Assembly: GCA_963820115.1 (NCBI GenBank)
Contig: CAWFYP010000001.1
Span: 698,897 to 762,896 of the forward strand
Source of the DNA: an uncultured Alphaproteobacteria bacterium
Lineage (GTDB): Bacteria > Pseudomonadota > Alphaproteobacteria > Rhizobiales > Methyloligellaceae
Direction of reading: 5' to 3'
DNA length: 64,000 bases
In this document: one piece after another, positions 55,694 through 64,000 of the stretch
Layout: every line of letters begins with the position of its first letter
How positions within the stretch are numbered: position 1 is the stretch's first letter
The notes under the pieces: model-generated
Databases searched by the model: none
The model's input: only the letters and a program-made list of their open reading frames with translations
What the model was told of the DNA's origin: nothing
Position numbers and translations under genes: made by a program

Positions 55694-57501
55694 CCGAACA
55701 ATGGATGGCCGTGCGCGCGTAGATCTTCGAGCAGCTTAGCGGTGTGATCGTAGGCGCGCGCCGAAAGCTCGGCGTGGCGGTGCCAATCCATGACCCCCAC
55801 ATTCTCGGGGAGCGGGGGCGTAATCAGCAAGTCTCCCGGCGTGAGGGTGTCGGCGAGGCGCTCGCGCCGTACCATCAGGCTCCGCAAGAGCACCGTGGCG
55901 ATGCCGGGCGCCCGTGGCAGACGGCGGCGGCCGAAGGGATTGAGCATGTGCAAGAGCAAACGCCCGCGCGAGGGAAGGGCGGCATAATCGACGGTGCCGG
56001 TGCGCAGCTCCTCGGATCTCAAATTGACCACGAGGTTCGGCCCGCTTTTCAAGCCGCGCATGGATCTGACCGGCACATTGTCGAGCAGCGATCCATCCAC
56101 CAGCATGCGACCGTCCTCGCAATAGAACGGCGGCAAGAGACCCGGAATCGAGCTCGTGGCGCGTACCGCCTTCCACACCGGTCCACGGGTGATGAGTTGG
56201 AGCGTGTTGCTGGCGAGGCAGGTGGAAACGGCGAAATAGCCGGTCCACAAATCCTCGATCTCGGTGTCGCCGTAATGGGTCTTGAGTGCCCGGTCAAAGA
56301 TTGTGTGGTCGAGCAGACCATAGCGGGGCCAGGTCAGGCGCTTGAGTGCGCGGGATTTGAGGAAGATATCCGCGGTGCGGGCGCTCACCTCGTCGGGGCT
56401 TGCGCCCATGGCGAAGGCCGCGGCCATGGCGCCGCCGCCGCTCGTGCCACCGAACATGTCGGGAGCGATCCCGGCTTCGACGAGGGCCCTGTAGACGCCA
56501 ATATGGGCGGCGCAAAGCGCCCCGCCGCCGGCCGCGACGAAGCCCAGCGCATTGCCGGTGATGAAGCGGGCCAGCCGGTCGTAATCGGCGTCGGCACCGG
56601 TCACCACATGGTGGTGGAGAGCGACGGCGCGCGTATCGAGCCAGCGCGCCGTGCCGGAAAGAGGGGCGCGAGCGTCGTGCAATAGCACTAGCCTGCGAGC
56701 CTCGGCGGGGTGGATGTCGAAGGCAAAGCGCTCGAGCGCGGTCAAGTCACAGGCGGGGGCCGCGTGATCGGCGACGAGGAGCACCTGATCGGCCTGGCGA
56801 ATGGTCTTGCGACTGAAAGGCGTGAGTTCGGTATCGGCGAAATAGAGCACGTAATGATAGCGAAGCTCCTGCTTGTTCAGCCAGCTCGTGACGGCGTCGG
56901 ACTCGAGCGTTGCGGAGGAAAGTGCCGGTTCGTGCGGAAAGGCGGCGGCAACCGTTTCGGAATCGACGACGGAGACCTCGCCATAGCGGGCGAGGGCGCG
57001 CGTAAGCCGCGTGCGAAACTCTTGCGGGACCAGAGAACCAACGGTGCCGATCACCGTAAGGGTGCGCGGATGGAACTGCGGCGTTCCTTCGTCGCCGGCA
57101 AGAATATCGGCAAGACGGCGGGCAAGCATGACTGCGATCGGTTTCAAGATGGCGGGATGGCGCTTGGCAAGCGCTACGAAGTCGGCGTGGGGAAGCTTGA
57201 GCACGATAGAGTCGCGCAGCGCGGTGACCGTGGCGGTGCGGGTGCCGTCGGCGAAGAAGGCGATTTCTCCGATTGGGGCGCCCCCGCCGATCTCGGCCAA
57301 GCGGCGGCTGTTGACATCGACGGCAAAGCGGCCCGAGGCCACGAGATAGAGCGCGTCGGCCGGGTCGCCCTGGCGCATCAGCACGACGCCGCGGCGCACC
57401 GGCACGGTGACGAGATGCTGCTCGAGCTCGGCAAGCGCGTCAGTCGGCAGGTCTCGAAAGGCCGCGACAAGCGCGAGCGATGGCCGCCGAGGCGGCCGCA
57501 T
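55690..57501 (-). CDS. cyclic nucleotide-binding domain + patatin-like phospholipase protein
   Basis: N-terminal cNMP domain ([22 protein letters not shown]...IGEIAFF...RTATV). Patatin motifs [14 protein letters not shown] and GGTSGGG, with a DGS near the C-terminal part. First ATG at 57501 (TTG at 57528). Confidence 0.85.
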   Translation of the reverse strand: MRPPRRPSLALVAAFRDLPTDALAELEQHLVTVPVRRGVVLMRQGDPADALYLVASGRFAVDVNSRRLAEIGGGAPIGEIAFFADGTRTATVTALRDSIVLKLPHADFVALAKRHPAILKPIAVMLARRLADILAGDEGTPQFHPRTLTVIGTVGSLVPQEFRTRLTRALARYGEVSVVDSETVAAAFPHEPALSSATLESDAVTSWLNKQELRYHYVLYFADTELTPFSRKTIRQADQVLLVADHAAPACDLTALERFAFDIHPAEARRLVLLHDARAPLSGTARWLDTRAVALHHHVVTGADADYDRLARFITGNALGFVAAGGGALCAAHIGVYRALVEAGIAPDMFGGTSGGGAMAAAFAMGASPDEVSARTADIFLKSRALKRLTWPRYGLLDHTIFDRALKTHYGDTEIEDLWTGYFAVSTCLASNTLQLITRGPVWKAVRATSSIPGLLPPFYCEDGRMLVDGSLLDNVPVRSMRGLKSGPNLVVNLRSEELRTGTVDYAALPSRGRLLLHMLNPFGRRRLPRAPGIATVLLRSLMVRRERLADTLTPGDLLITPPLPENVGVMDWHRHAELSARAYDHTAKLLEDLRAHGHPLFG

Positions 57502-57650
57502 CTCCCCCGAAGACGCTCCGTTACGCAACGTGGTCCTCGCTTCTCGCGGCTCGTCTTAGGACCATAGCGCGGAAGCGGGTCGGGGAGGCTTGAAAACCAA
57601 ACGGGCGGCACCTCGGCCGCCCATGGGAAGATGGCACGAACGCTGACGGG

Positions 57651-58254
57651 CTATTTGGGCGCCTTGTCCAGCATCTCCTCGACATGCTCCCAATTCACGA
57701 GCGTGTCGAACCAGGTCTCGAGATATTTGGGCCGCAAATTGCGGTAGTCGATGTAATAGGAGTGCTCCCACACGTCACAGCCGAGCAGCGGCCAGCCGCC
57801 ATGGACGAGCGGGTTCTCGCCGTTGGGGGTTTTGGTGATCTCGAGCTTGCCGTTCTTGAGGCTGAGCCAGCACCAGCCCGAGCCGAACTGGGTCTTGCCC
57901 GCCTCGATGAAGTCATTGCGGAACTTGTCGTAGCCCCCGAGGTCGCGGTCGACCATGGCTTGCAGCTTGGCCGGCAGCTTCTTGCCGCCTCCGCCCGCCT
58001 TCATCCAGGGCCAGAAATGGCTGTGGTTGAAGTGCTGACCGGCATTGTTGAAGATGCCAGGGTTCTTGCCGTAGCTCGCCTTGACGATGTCCTCGCAGGC
58101 TCATGCCCTCGAAGCCCGAGCCTGGCAGCAGCTTGTTCAGCGCGTCGACATAGGCCTGGTGGTGCTTATCATGATGATAATGCAGGGTTTCCGCCGACAT
58201 AGCGGGCTGCAAGGCTTCATAGGCGTAAGGAAGCGGGGGAAGTTCGAAAGCCAA
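57651..58254 (-). pseudogene. sodB: Fe/Mn superoxide dismutase, frameshifted near 58095
   Basis: ORF 57913..58254 gives (M)[35 protein letters not shown]...FEGMSL, then nonsense. The next frame reads [35 protein letters not shown]...DVWEHSYYIDYRN... (ORF 57651..58004). TTG start with a GGAGAC Shine-Dalgarno. Confidence 0.88.
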
Positions 58255-58638
58255 TGGAGGTCTCCGGAATTATTGGGGGCGCAGGAAAAAGCCCTCGGAA
58301 ACCTAAAGGTTCCAACGGGTCGAGGCAAGTCAGCCCCTGAGGAGCGTGAAAAGAGCGCGAAGGCTTCAAGAAGCCCCCGCGCTCGATGCAGCAAAAGTTT
58401 TGGGCGTGCGGGTCGAGCTTGGCGCAGTCCCCATGAAGGGGGCATGAAGCGCATATGAAACCTAAATGAAGAGAGAGAAGGTGGACGCGGAGCCCCTGAA
58501 CTCCGCGCCCGGTGCCGAGGAAGGTTCATCCATGTCAGTACAGGGATCTGACGCTTCGGACTTTGCCTCGGCGCGGCTGAACCCAGCATGAACCGGGCAG
58601 GCAGGGTTGGTTCACAATCGCGGCTCGTGAAGAGCGGG

Positions 58639-59193
58639 TTACTTCACCAACGCCTGGAGCTCTTTGAACTCCGGCGTGCCGGCGCGCTCGAGCCATTCGA
58701 AGATCACCATTTCGCTGTCGACCACGTCGGCGCCCCCTTTAGGCATCCGAGCAAGCGCGAGCCTGCGGCTCGTCTTGGTGCGCGATCCCACCGCGTCGGC
58801 AGCGATGAAGGCCTCAAAGCCCTGTTCCTCGAGATCGATCGCGGTCTGGGTCACGCAGACATGGGCTTCGATGCCGCCGACCACGACCTGCGGCCGGCCC
58901 CGGCGCCTGATGTCGTGCAGCCGGTCGCGCAGGGACGCGTTTCTGAGGCAGGAGAACTCGAGTTTGTCGTGGACCACTCCCGCATTGCCGAGGGCCTCGA
59001 TCAGCGGCGTGGCCGTCGGGCCGAGACCGGTCGGATATTGCTGCGAGAGGGTAATCGGGATGCCGAGCGCCTTGGCCGCCTGCACCAGGCGCACGCAACG
59101 CTCGAGCACGCGCTCATGGCCGGACACCGCCGCAAGCAACTTGTCCTGGACGTCGATGATGAGGAGCTGAGACTTGTCGCGGGCAATAAGCAT
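58639..59193 (-). CDS. isochorismatase family cysteine hydrolase
   Basis: LLIIDVQDK...VVVGGIEAHVCVTQTAIDL (catalytic Cys context). 184 aa. Confidence 0.85.
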   Translation of the reverse strand: MLIARDKSQLLIIDVQDKLLAAVSGHERVLERCVRLVQAAKALGIPITLSQQYPTGLGPTATPLIEALGNAGVVHDKLEFSCLRNASLRDRLHDIRRRGRPQVVVGGIEAHVCVTQTAIDLEEQGFEAFIAADAVGSRTKTSRRLALARMPKGGADVVDSEMVIFEWLERAGTPEFKELQALVK

Positions 59194-59280
59194 GGGCAGA
59201 TCGCGGTGATCATCGTGGCGGGCGGGTAGTGTGGCATAAACCGGCCGGGGTGGCCTAGTGCTCAGGCGCGCCGCCTGTCG

Positions 59281-61395
59281 CTATTCCGCGAGCGCAGACG
59301 ATGAGGCGATCTTGAGCGCGAAGGCATAGGCGAGCGCCACTTCCTTCAGGCGCTCGAAGCGGCCGGACGCACCGGCGTGGCCCGCCTCCATATTGGTGCG
59401 CAAGAGCAGCAGCTTGGTATCGGTCTTGAGCGCGCGGAGCTTCGCCACCCATTTGGCGGGTTCCCAATAGGTGACGCGCGGGTCGGTGAGGCCGGCGAGT
59501 GCCAGGATATGCGGATAGGCCGCCGCACTTACTTTGTCGTAGGGCGAGTAGGCGGCGATGACGCGATAATCCCTCTCGCTCGCGATGGGGTTGCCCCATT
59601 CCGGCCATTCGGGCGGCGTGAGCGGCAGGCTCGCATCGAGCATGGTGGTGAGCACGTCGACAAAGGGCACCTCGGCGATGATGCCGAGAAAAAGCCCGGG
59701 CGCCATGTTGGCGACGGCGCCCATCAGCATGCCGCCGGCGCTTCCGCCCTGGGCGACGATGCGGCCACGGCTCGTGAATCCTTCGCGCGCGAGATATTCG
59801 CCGGCAGCGATGAAATCGGTAAAGCTATTCACCTTCTTCTCGCGCTTGCCTTCGCGGTACCAGCGATAGCCCTTGTCCTTGCCGCCACGCACATGAGCGA
59901 TGGCATAGACGAAGCCACGATCGACGAGGCTCAATGCATTGGTGGAGAAACCGGCCGGGATCGACATGCCATAGGCGCCATAGCCGTAGAGCAAGAGCGG
60001 AGCGGCGCCGTCGAGCGGCGTGTCCTTGCGGTAGAGCAGCGAGACCGGAACGGTCTCACCGTCCGCTGCGGGCGCCATCACCCGGCGGGTGACATAGGCC
60101 GCGGGGTCATGGCCGCTCGGCACCTCTTGCGTCTTGCGCAAAGTCCGCGCGCGACTCTCCATGTCGTAGTCGAACACTTGCGCGGGCGTGGTCATGGAGG
60201 AGTAGGTGTAGCGCAAACTCGGCGTGTCATATTCGAAGCCGGGCGAGATGCCGAGTGCGTAGGCATCCTCGGCAAAGGAAATCGCGTGCTCCTCGCCGTC
60301 GATAAAGCGGCGCACCGCGATGCGGGGCAAGCCGTCCTCGCGTTCGAGCCTGACGAGATGATTTTTGAACGCGGCCATGTCGAGGATGAGGCGACCGGGG
60401 AGATGCGGCTCGATTTCGCGCCAGTGCTCGCGGCCGGGGGTGGCGAGCGGCGCCTCGACGATGCGGTAATCCTCGGCGCCGTCCGAGTTGGTGAGGATGA
60501 TGAGCTTGTCGCCATGATGCTCGACGGAATAATCGTGTTTGGGCTCGCGCGGCGCGACCAAGCGGGGGGTGCCAAGTGGGTTGGCCGCATCGATCAGGCT
60601 CACCTCCGCGGTCTCATGGTCATGCACGTTGAGCAGCAGGAAGCGGCGGCTTTGGGTCGCCCCGAGCCCGAGGAAGAAAGCAGGGTCGGGCTGCTCGTGG
60701 AGCACGAGGTCGGCGCGCTCGGAGCCGAGGGCATGGTGCAGCAGTCGGCGGGGGCGGTGCTCGTCGTCGAGCCACACATAGAGAAGCGTGCGATTGTCGG
60801 CGGCCCATTCGAAGCTGCCGTTATTGTCGACAATCCGCGAATCGACGAGTTTTCCCGTCGCAGTCTCGATGACATGGATGGTGAAGAATTCCGAGCCCTT
60901 GGTGTCGACCGCGTAGGCCATGAAGGCGTGGTCGGGACTGTGAGTGGCGCCGGCGAGGCGGAAATAGGCGTGGTCGCGCGCAAGCGCGTTGCCGTCAACG
61001 AGCACCCTATCCTCGCCGCCGTCGCGCGGCCGGCGGCAGAAGAGCGGTTGCTGGCCGCCGGTCACGAAGCGGGTGTAGTAGGCGAAGGCTCCGTCGGGGG
61101 CGGGCACGCTCGCATCGTCCTCCTTGATGCGGCCCTTCATCTCGGCGAATAACCTTCGTTGCAGCTCCTCCGTCTCGGCCATCATGGCCGCCGTGTAAGC
61201 GTTCTCGGCTTCGAGATGCGTCCTTATCTCAGGATCGAGCAGAGACGGATCGCGCATCACCGCCTGCCAGTTCGGCGCGCGGAGCCACGCGTAATCGTCG
61301 ACCCGCGCGATGCCGTGATGGGAGGCGGTGGAAGGAAGACGCCGGGCGCGAGGCGGCGACGGCGCCCGCGGCGCCTGAGACGATAGGACCGTCAT
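59281..61395 (-). CDS. ptrB: S9 family peptidase, oligopeptidase B
   Basis: 704 aa with an N-terminal beta-propeller, catalytic GGSAGGMLMG, and ...D.RV.YWEPAKWVAKLR typical of oligopeptidase B. Confidence 0.9.
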   Translation of the reverse strand: MTVLSSQAPRAPSPPRARRLPSTASHHGIARVDDYAWLRAPNWQAVMRDPSLLDPEIRTHLEAENAYTAAMMAETEELQRRLFAEMKGRIKEDDASVPAPDGAFAYYTRFVTGGQQPLFCRRPRDGGEDRVLVDGNALARDHAYFRLAGATHSPDHAFMAYAVDTKGSEFFTIHVIETATGKLVDSRIVDNNGSFEWAADNRTLLYVWLDDEHRPRRLLHHALGSERADLVLHEQPDPAFFLGLGATQSRRFLLLNVHDHETAEVSLIDAANPLGTPRLVAPREPKHDYSVEHHGDKLIILTNSDGAEDYRIVEAPLATPGREHWREIEPHLPGRLILDMAAFKNHLVRLEREDGLPRIAVRRFIDGEEHAISFAEDAYALGISPGFEYDTPSLRYTYSSMTTPAQVFDYDMESRARTLRKTQEVPSGHDPAAYVTRRVMAPAADGETVPVSLLYRKDTPLDGAAPLLLYGYGAYGMSIPAGFSTNALSLVDRGFVYAIAHVRGGKDKGYRWYREGKREKKVNSFTDFIAAGEYLAREGFTSRGRIVAQGGSAGGMLMGAVANMAPGLFLGIIAEVPFVDVLTTMLDASLPLTPPEWPEWGNPIASERDYRVIAAYSPYDKVSAAAYPHILALAGLTDPRVTYWEPAKWVAKLRALKTDTKLLLLRTNMEAGHAGASGRFERLKEVALAYAFALKIASSSALAE

Positions 61396-61404
61396 GGTTC
61401 GAGA

Positions 61405-61854
61405 TTATTTGTTGCCCTTGCCGCCCGTCTCGTCAGGGGCAAGCTCGAGTGCGCAACCGTTGATGCAATAGCGTAAACCCGTCGGATTCGGTCCATCAGG
61501 AAACACATGGCCGAGATGCGCCGCGCATTGGGCGCAGTGCACTTCGGTGCGTCGCATGAATAGGGAGCGGTCCTCGTGCTCGCCCACAGCTTCGGTGGCC
61601 GCCGGCGCGAAAAAGCTCGGCCAGCCCGTGCCGGAATCAAATTTCGTCGCAGACCTGAACAGCGGCGCGCCACAGCCGGCGCAGCGATACATGCCTTGGC
61701 GCTTCTCGTCGTGATAGGGATGGCTGAAAGCGCGCTCGGTGCCGTGTTTGCGCATGACATGAAACTGTTCCGGCGTCAGAACTTGGCGCCATTCGGCATC
61801 GGACTTGGTCACGGGGCTCGGCTGATCTTGTTTGGCCTCGGTCGACTTGCGCAT
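61405..61854 (-). CDS. msrB: peptide-methionine (R)-S-oxide reductase MsrB
   Basis: [11 protein letters not shown]...GWPSF...[18 protein letters not shown]...RYCING (two CxxC zinc motifs plus the catalytic Cys). Ends 10 nt upstream of the ptrB start. Confidence 0.93.
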   Translation of the reverse strand: MRKSTEAKQDQPSPVTKSDAEWRQVLTPEQFHVMRKHGTERAFSHPYHDEKRQGMYRCAGCGAPLFRSATKFDSGTGWPSFFAPAATEAVGEHEDRSLFMRRTEVHCAQCAAHLGHVFPDGPNPTGLRYCINGCALELAPDETGGKGNK

Positions 61855-62347
61855 GGATGTTTGTTCCCGGTTTTTGATCGCTTGCTGCCCTAATATATGG
61901 ATTGCGCCGTGTTCCCCTAGGGGTCTGAGCTCCAGTCACGGGGGCTTGATGGAAAGCTATCGCCCTGACCAACAACTGGGCAGTTGTGACGAGGGACAGC
62001 CCTTGTTCAGTGGTTGCAGGCGTTTGTGAATTATACCGGGGGGAGCAACGATAAAGGACGCTCCCGCACAATAGTCGCTCGTTTGTTCATCATATTTGTT
62101 CAGCCTATAGTTCTCATGAGAAACGATGCATTGCCATTTTGTGAAATGGTGGTATAGGGACGCTATAAGTGTGTCGTCCCATATGAAGCACATTCTGTAG
62201 TTGCGAAGACAGTGCAGCTTCGCGTCACAAAATCGGCGTAATCTGATGACTCAAGAGTTCGCGCGGGTCACGGATACGGTTGAGCAGCCGAGAGAGCCAC
62301 GTCAAGCTTGGTTGCACAGGGGTTAACAGGATCAAAGGAGCGGCTTG

Positions 62348-62755
62348 ATGGAACAGAATCTGGAGAAGAACGAGCTTGTCGAGCTCACGGCCGAGATTGT
62401 CTCCGCCTATGTCAGCAACAATACCGTGGTTGCCACCGACCTACCTGGGGTGATCCACAACGTGTTCGACGCTCTCAGCAAGGCATCCTCGGCCTCCGGG
62501 ATGCCGGCGCGGGAGGAGCTCCGGCCTGCGGTTCCGCTCAAGAAGTCCGTGACGCCCGAATATATTATCTGCCTCGAGGACGGGAAGAAGTTCAAGTCGC
62601 TCAAGCGGCACCTGCGTACCCATTACGATCTGTCCCCGGAAGAGTATCGGGAGAAATGGGGCCTGCCGCATGACTATCCGATGGTCGCCCCCAACTATGC
62701 GGCGGCGCGGTCGGATCTCGCCAAGCGCATGGGCCTTGGCCAACGGCGCCGTTAG
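62348..62755 (+). CDS. mucR: MucR/Ros family transcriptional regulator
   Basis: AAGGAG Shine-Dalgarno 8 nt before the ATG at 62348. [13 protein letters not shown]...[47 protein letters not shown] is the Ros/MucR zinc-finger signature. Confidence 0.95.
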   Translation: MEQNLEKNELVELTAEIVSAYVSNNTVVATDLPGVIHNVFDALSKASSASGMPAREELRPAVPLKKSVTPEYIICLEDGKKFKSLKRHLRTHYDLSPEEYREKWGLPHDYPMVAPNYAAARSDLAKRMGLGQRRR

Positions 62756-62986
62756 GCGGCGAATCAGAATTCTTGGCAGCGCGGCGCGCTTGTCGCCGCG
62801 CGCCTGCCGCCCAGGACGAAGGCCGTCCTCCAAATCGGGTAGGCGCCTTGATTTGTGAACACAACCTATTGTGATTCTTCAGGAATTCTGGTTTACTGGT
62901 CTTGCATGCGCGCGGCCAAGTCCACATAGTCTCTCCGATGCGGCGATTCGCAAGACGATCTGCGGGTCGAAATGAGGGGGAGGCCA

Positions 62987-63538
62987 ATGCCGTCCGGACG
63001 AGCCTTTCGGGCCCAGTTGGTGACGCCAGGACAGCGTGAGCTTTACGATTATTGGCTTTCTTGTGCGGGCATCCGGCCTATGCCGGCCCGCTCCGATCTC
63101 GACCCGTTGCGGGTCCCAAAACTCCTGCCATCCATGGGTTTGATCGATGTCGGGCATGGGCTCGCCGGCGCTTCGTTTCGCCTGGCGGGGACGCGTCTGC
63201 ACGACATCTATGGCGAGGAGCTCACGGGCAAATCGATCGATCAGATCTTCTCTGGCCGGGCTGCCGACTATTGGCAGCGTGTGCATAAGAGCGTGATCGA
63301 GAGCGGCGTGCCTCGCCACGGCGTGGTGCGCGGCCCGGTCGAGGGCCGCGATCATGTGGTGCTGTTTTGGCTGCGGCTGCCATTGTCGGAAGCGGGTGGC
63401 CGCGTCGACCGTATCCTCACCTTCGACACGGCGGGTCCTACCGAGACGCTCAAGGCGAGTGGCGGCGCGAGCTTGCTACGCTACCCGGTTATTCAGCCGC
63501 CTCTTCGCGTCCAGCCGCGCCGGGTGCAGTACGGCTGA
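62987..63538 (+). CDS. PAS domain-containing protein (PAS_5-like)
   Basis: QRELYDYWLSCAGIRPMPARSDLDPLRVPKLLPSMGLIDV...FRLAGTRLHDIYGEELTGK matches the small alphaproteobacterial PAS_5 proteins as I recall them. ATG at 62987. Confidence 0.75.
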   Translation: MPSGRAFRAQLVTPGQRELYDYWLSCAGIRPMPARSDLDPLRVPKLLPSMGLIDVGHGLAGASFRLAGTRLHDIYGEELTGKSIDQIFSGRAADYWQRVHKSVIESGVPRHGVVRGPVEGRDHVVLFWLRLPLSEAGGRVDRILTFDTAGPTETLKASGGASLLRYPVIQPPLRVQPRRVQYG

Positions 63539-63882
63539 GAGCGCCCGCGGCGCGTGCCTGCGCGGCGCGCTCGCCTTCATAGGCGCTCAACAGGGCTAGG
63601 TGGCGGTTCAAATCGTAGCTCCAATGACTGGCAAGGGCGCGGCGCGCCGCTCGGCGCGGAGCGCCCGCCGCAGAGCGCCCGCCGCAGCTTGACGATGATG
63701 TGGAGGCGTCCCGCTTCGCTTCGATCCTCAAGCTCATGCGGCCACAGCGCGATTAGCTTCGGCAGGTCGCGGGCCCGAACATAGGCGCGCGATCCGGCCT
63801 TGACCCTCGTGTCGCGGCGGCGCTGCGGGTTCGTCCGCGGTCTCGCGTCTGAGGGCTTTGCCCGTTGCGTCCTTCCCGTCAT
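63489..63882 (-). pseudogene. DUF6477-like small protein, reading frame split
   Basis: Strong Shine-Dalgarno (GAAGGAGG) before the ATG at 63882. ORF 63577..63882 gives ...RAYVRARDLPKLIALWPHELEDRSEAGRLHIIVKLRRAL. The expected continuation HWSYDLNRHLALLSAYEGE lies in ORF 63489..63737, in another frame. Confidence 0.5.
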
Positions 63883-63932
63883 TTTGGTCCTCCTTCGCCG
63901 ACGCCCGAGAATGCGCGCTCGAAGCCCGGCTC

Positions 63933-64000
63933 TTATCCTCCTGCACCCCCCACGATGCCGCGGTCTTCGGCGACGACGTGCTTGCCGCCAAGGAGCGCGT
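63933..64000 (-). CDS. 3' end of an unidentified CDS running in from beyond the window
   Basis: Minus-strand frame reads ...ALLGGKHVVAEDRGIVGGAGG* with stop TAA at 63935-63933. Too short to name. Confidence 0.3.
   Translation of the reverse strand, partial: ALLGGKHVVAEDRGIVGGAGG

Noticed and set aside
59377-61152. 591-aa plus-strand ORF
   Set aside because: It is antisense to oligopeptidase B, whose catalytic GGSAGG motif lies on the minus strand. It is a shadow ORF.
63660-63687. The 14-bp tandem duplication as the sole cause of the split DUF6477-like frame
   Set aside because: Removing one copy moves the upstream frame into the third frame, which terminates as ..RAERRAAPLPVIGATI*. It does not reach the HWSYDLNRH frame, so the duplication alone does not explain the disruption.

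Overview
Gene-dense, high-GC chromosomal segment (GC judged by eye, not computed). It looks alphaproteobacterial, of Hyphomicrobiales/Rhizobiales type: MucR/Ros, BluB, TIGR02001 and TIGR03808 family proteins, DUF992 and a PAS_5-like protein are present. All family assignments were made by reading the ORF translations; no searches were run.

I support about 70 coding features.
- Housekeeping genes: uvrC, uvrB, pgsA, moaD/moaE, cspA, trxB, an aspartate aminotransferase, an EF-G paralog, the meaB/methylmalonyl-CoA mutase operon, sodB, msrB and oligopeptidase B.
- Envelope genes: two beta-barrel outer membrane proteins, an RlpA-like protein and an MltB-like transglycosylase.
- Many small secreted proteins, several cysteine-rich.
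- I recognised no rRNA, tRNA, CRISPR array, transposase, integrase or prophage gene.

Most interesting observations:
1. A same-strand thiol-redox cluster: trxB, then a Sec-signal 6-Cys peptide with three NACKG repeats (DUF2282/bufferin-like), then a periplasmic thioredoxin, then CcdA. No MNIO/DUF692 or DUF2063 partner gene is recognisable in the window.
2. One roughly 1150-codon gene fusing GH18-like, CE4 deacetylase and GT2 synthase domains, a single-polypeptide PNAG/chitin-like machine. A frameshift breaks it inside the GT2 domain.
3. A VIT-vWA protein translationally coupled to a class-GN-sortase-like protein. The sortase-like protein keeps the TC and Arg motifs but has no candidate catalytic His.
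4. A Tyr/Arg/Gly-rich secreted mini-protein on its own AT-rich transcription unit.
5. A histone-H1-like ARK-repeat protein.
6. A high density of single-nucleotide frame disruptions, all beyond 31 kb. They affect sodB, mutA, a HerA-like ATPase (twice), the GT2 fusion, a DUF6477-like gene and possibly an aminotransferase start. Three of the seven lie in homopolymer runs of four to five bases, so assembly indel errors must be excluded before calling these pseudogenes.
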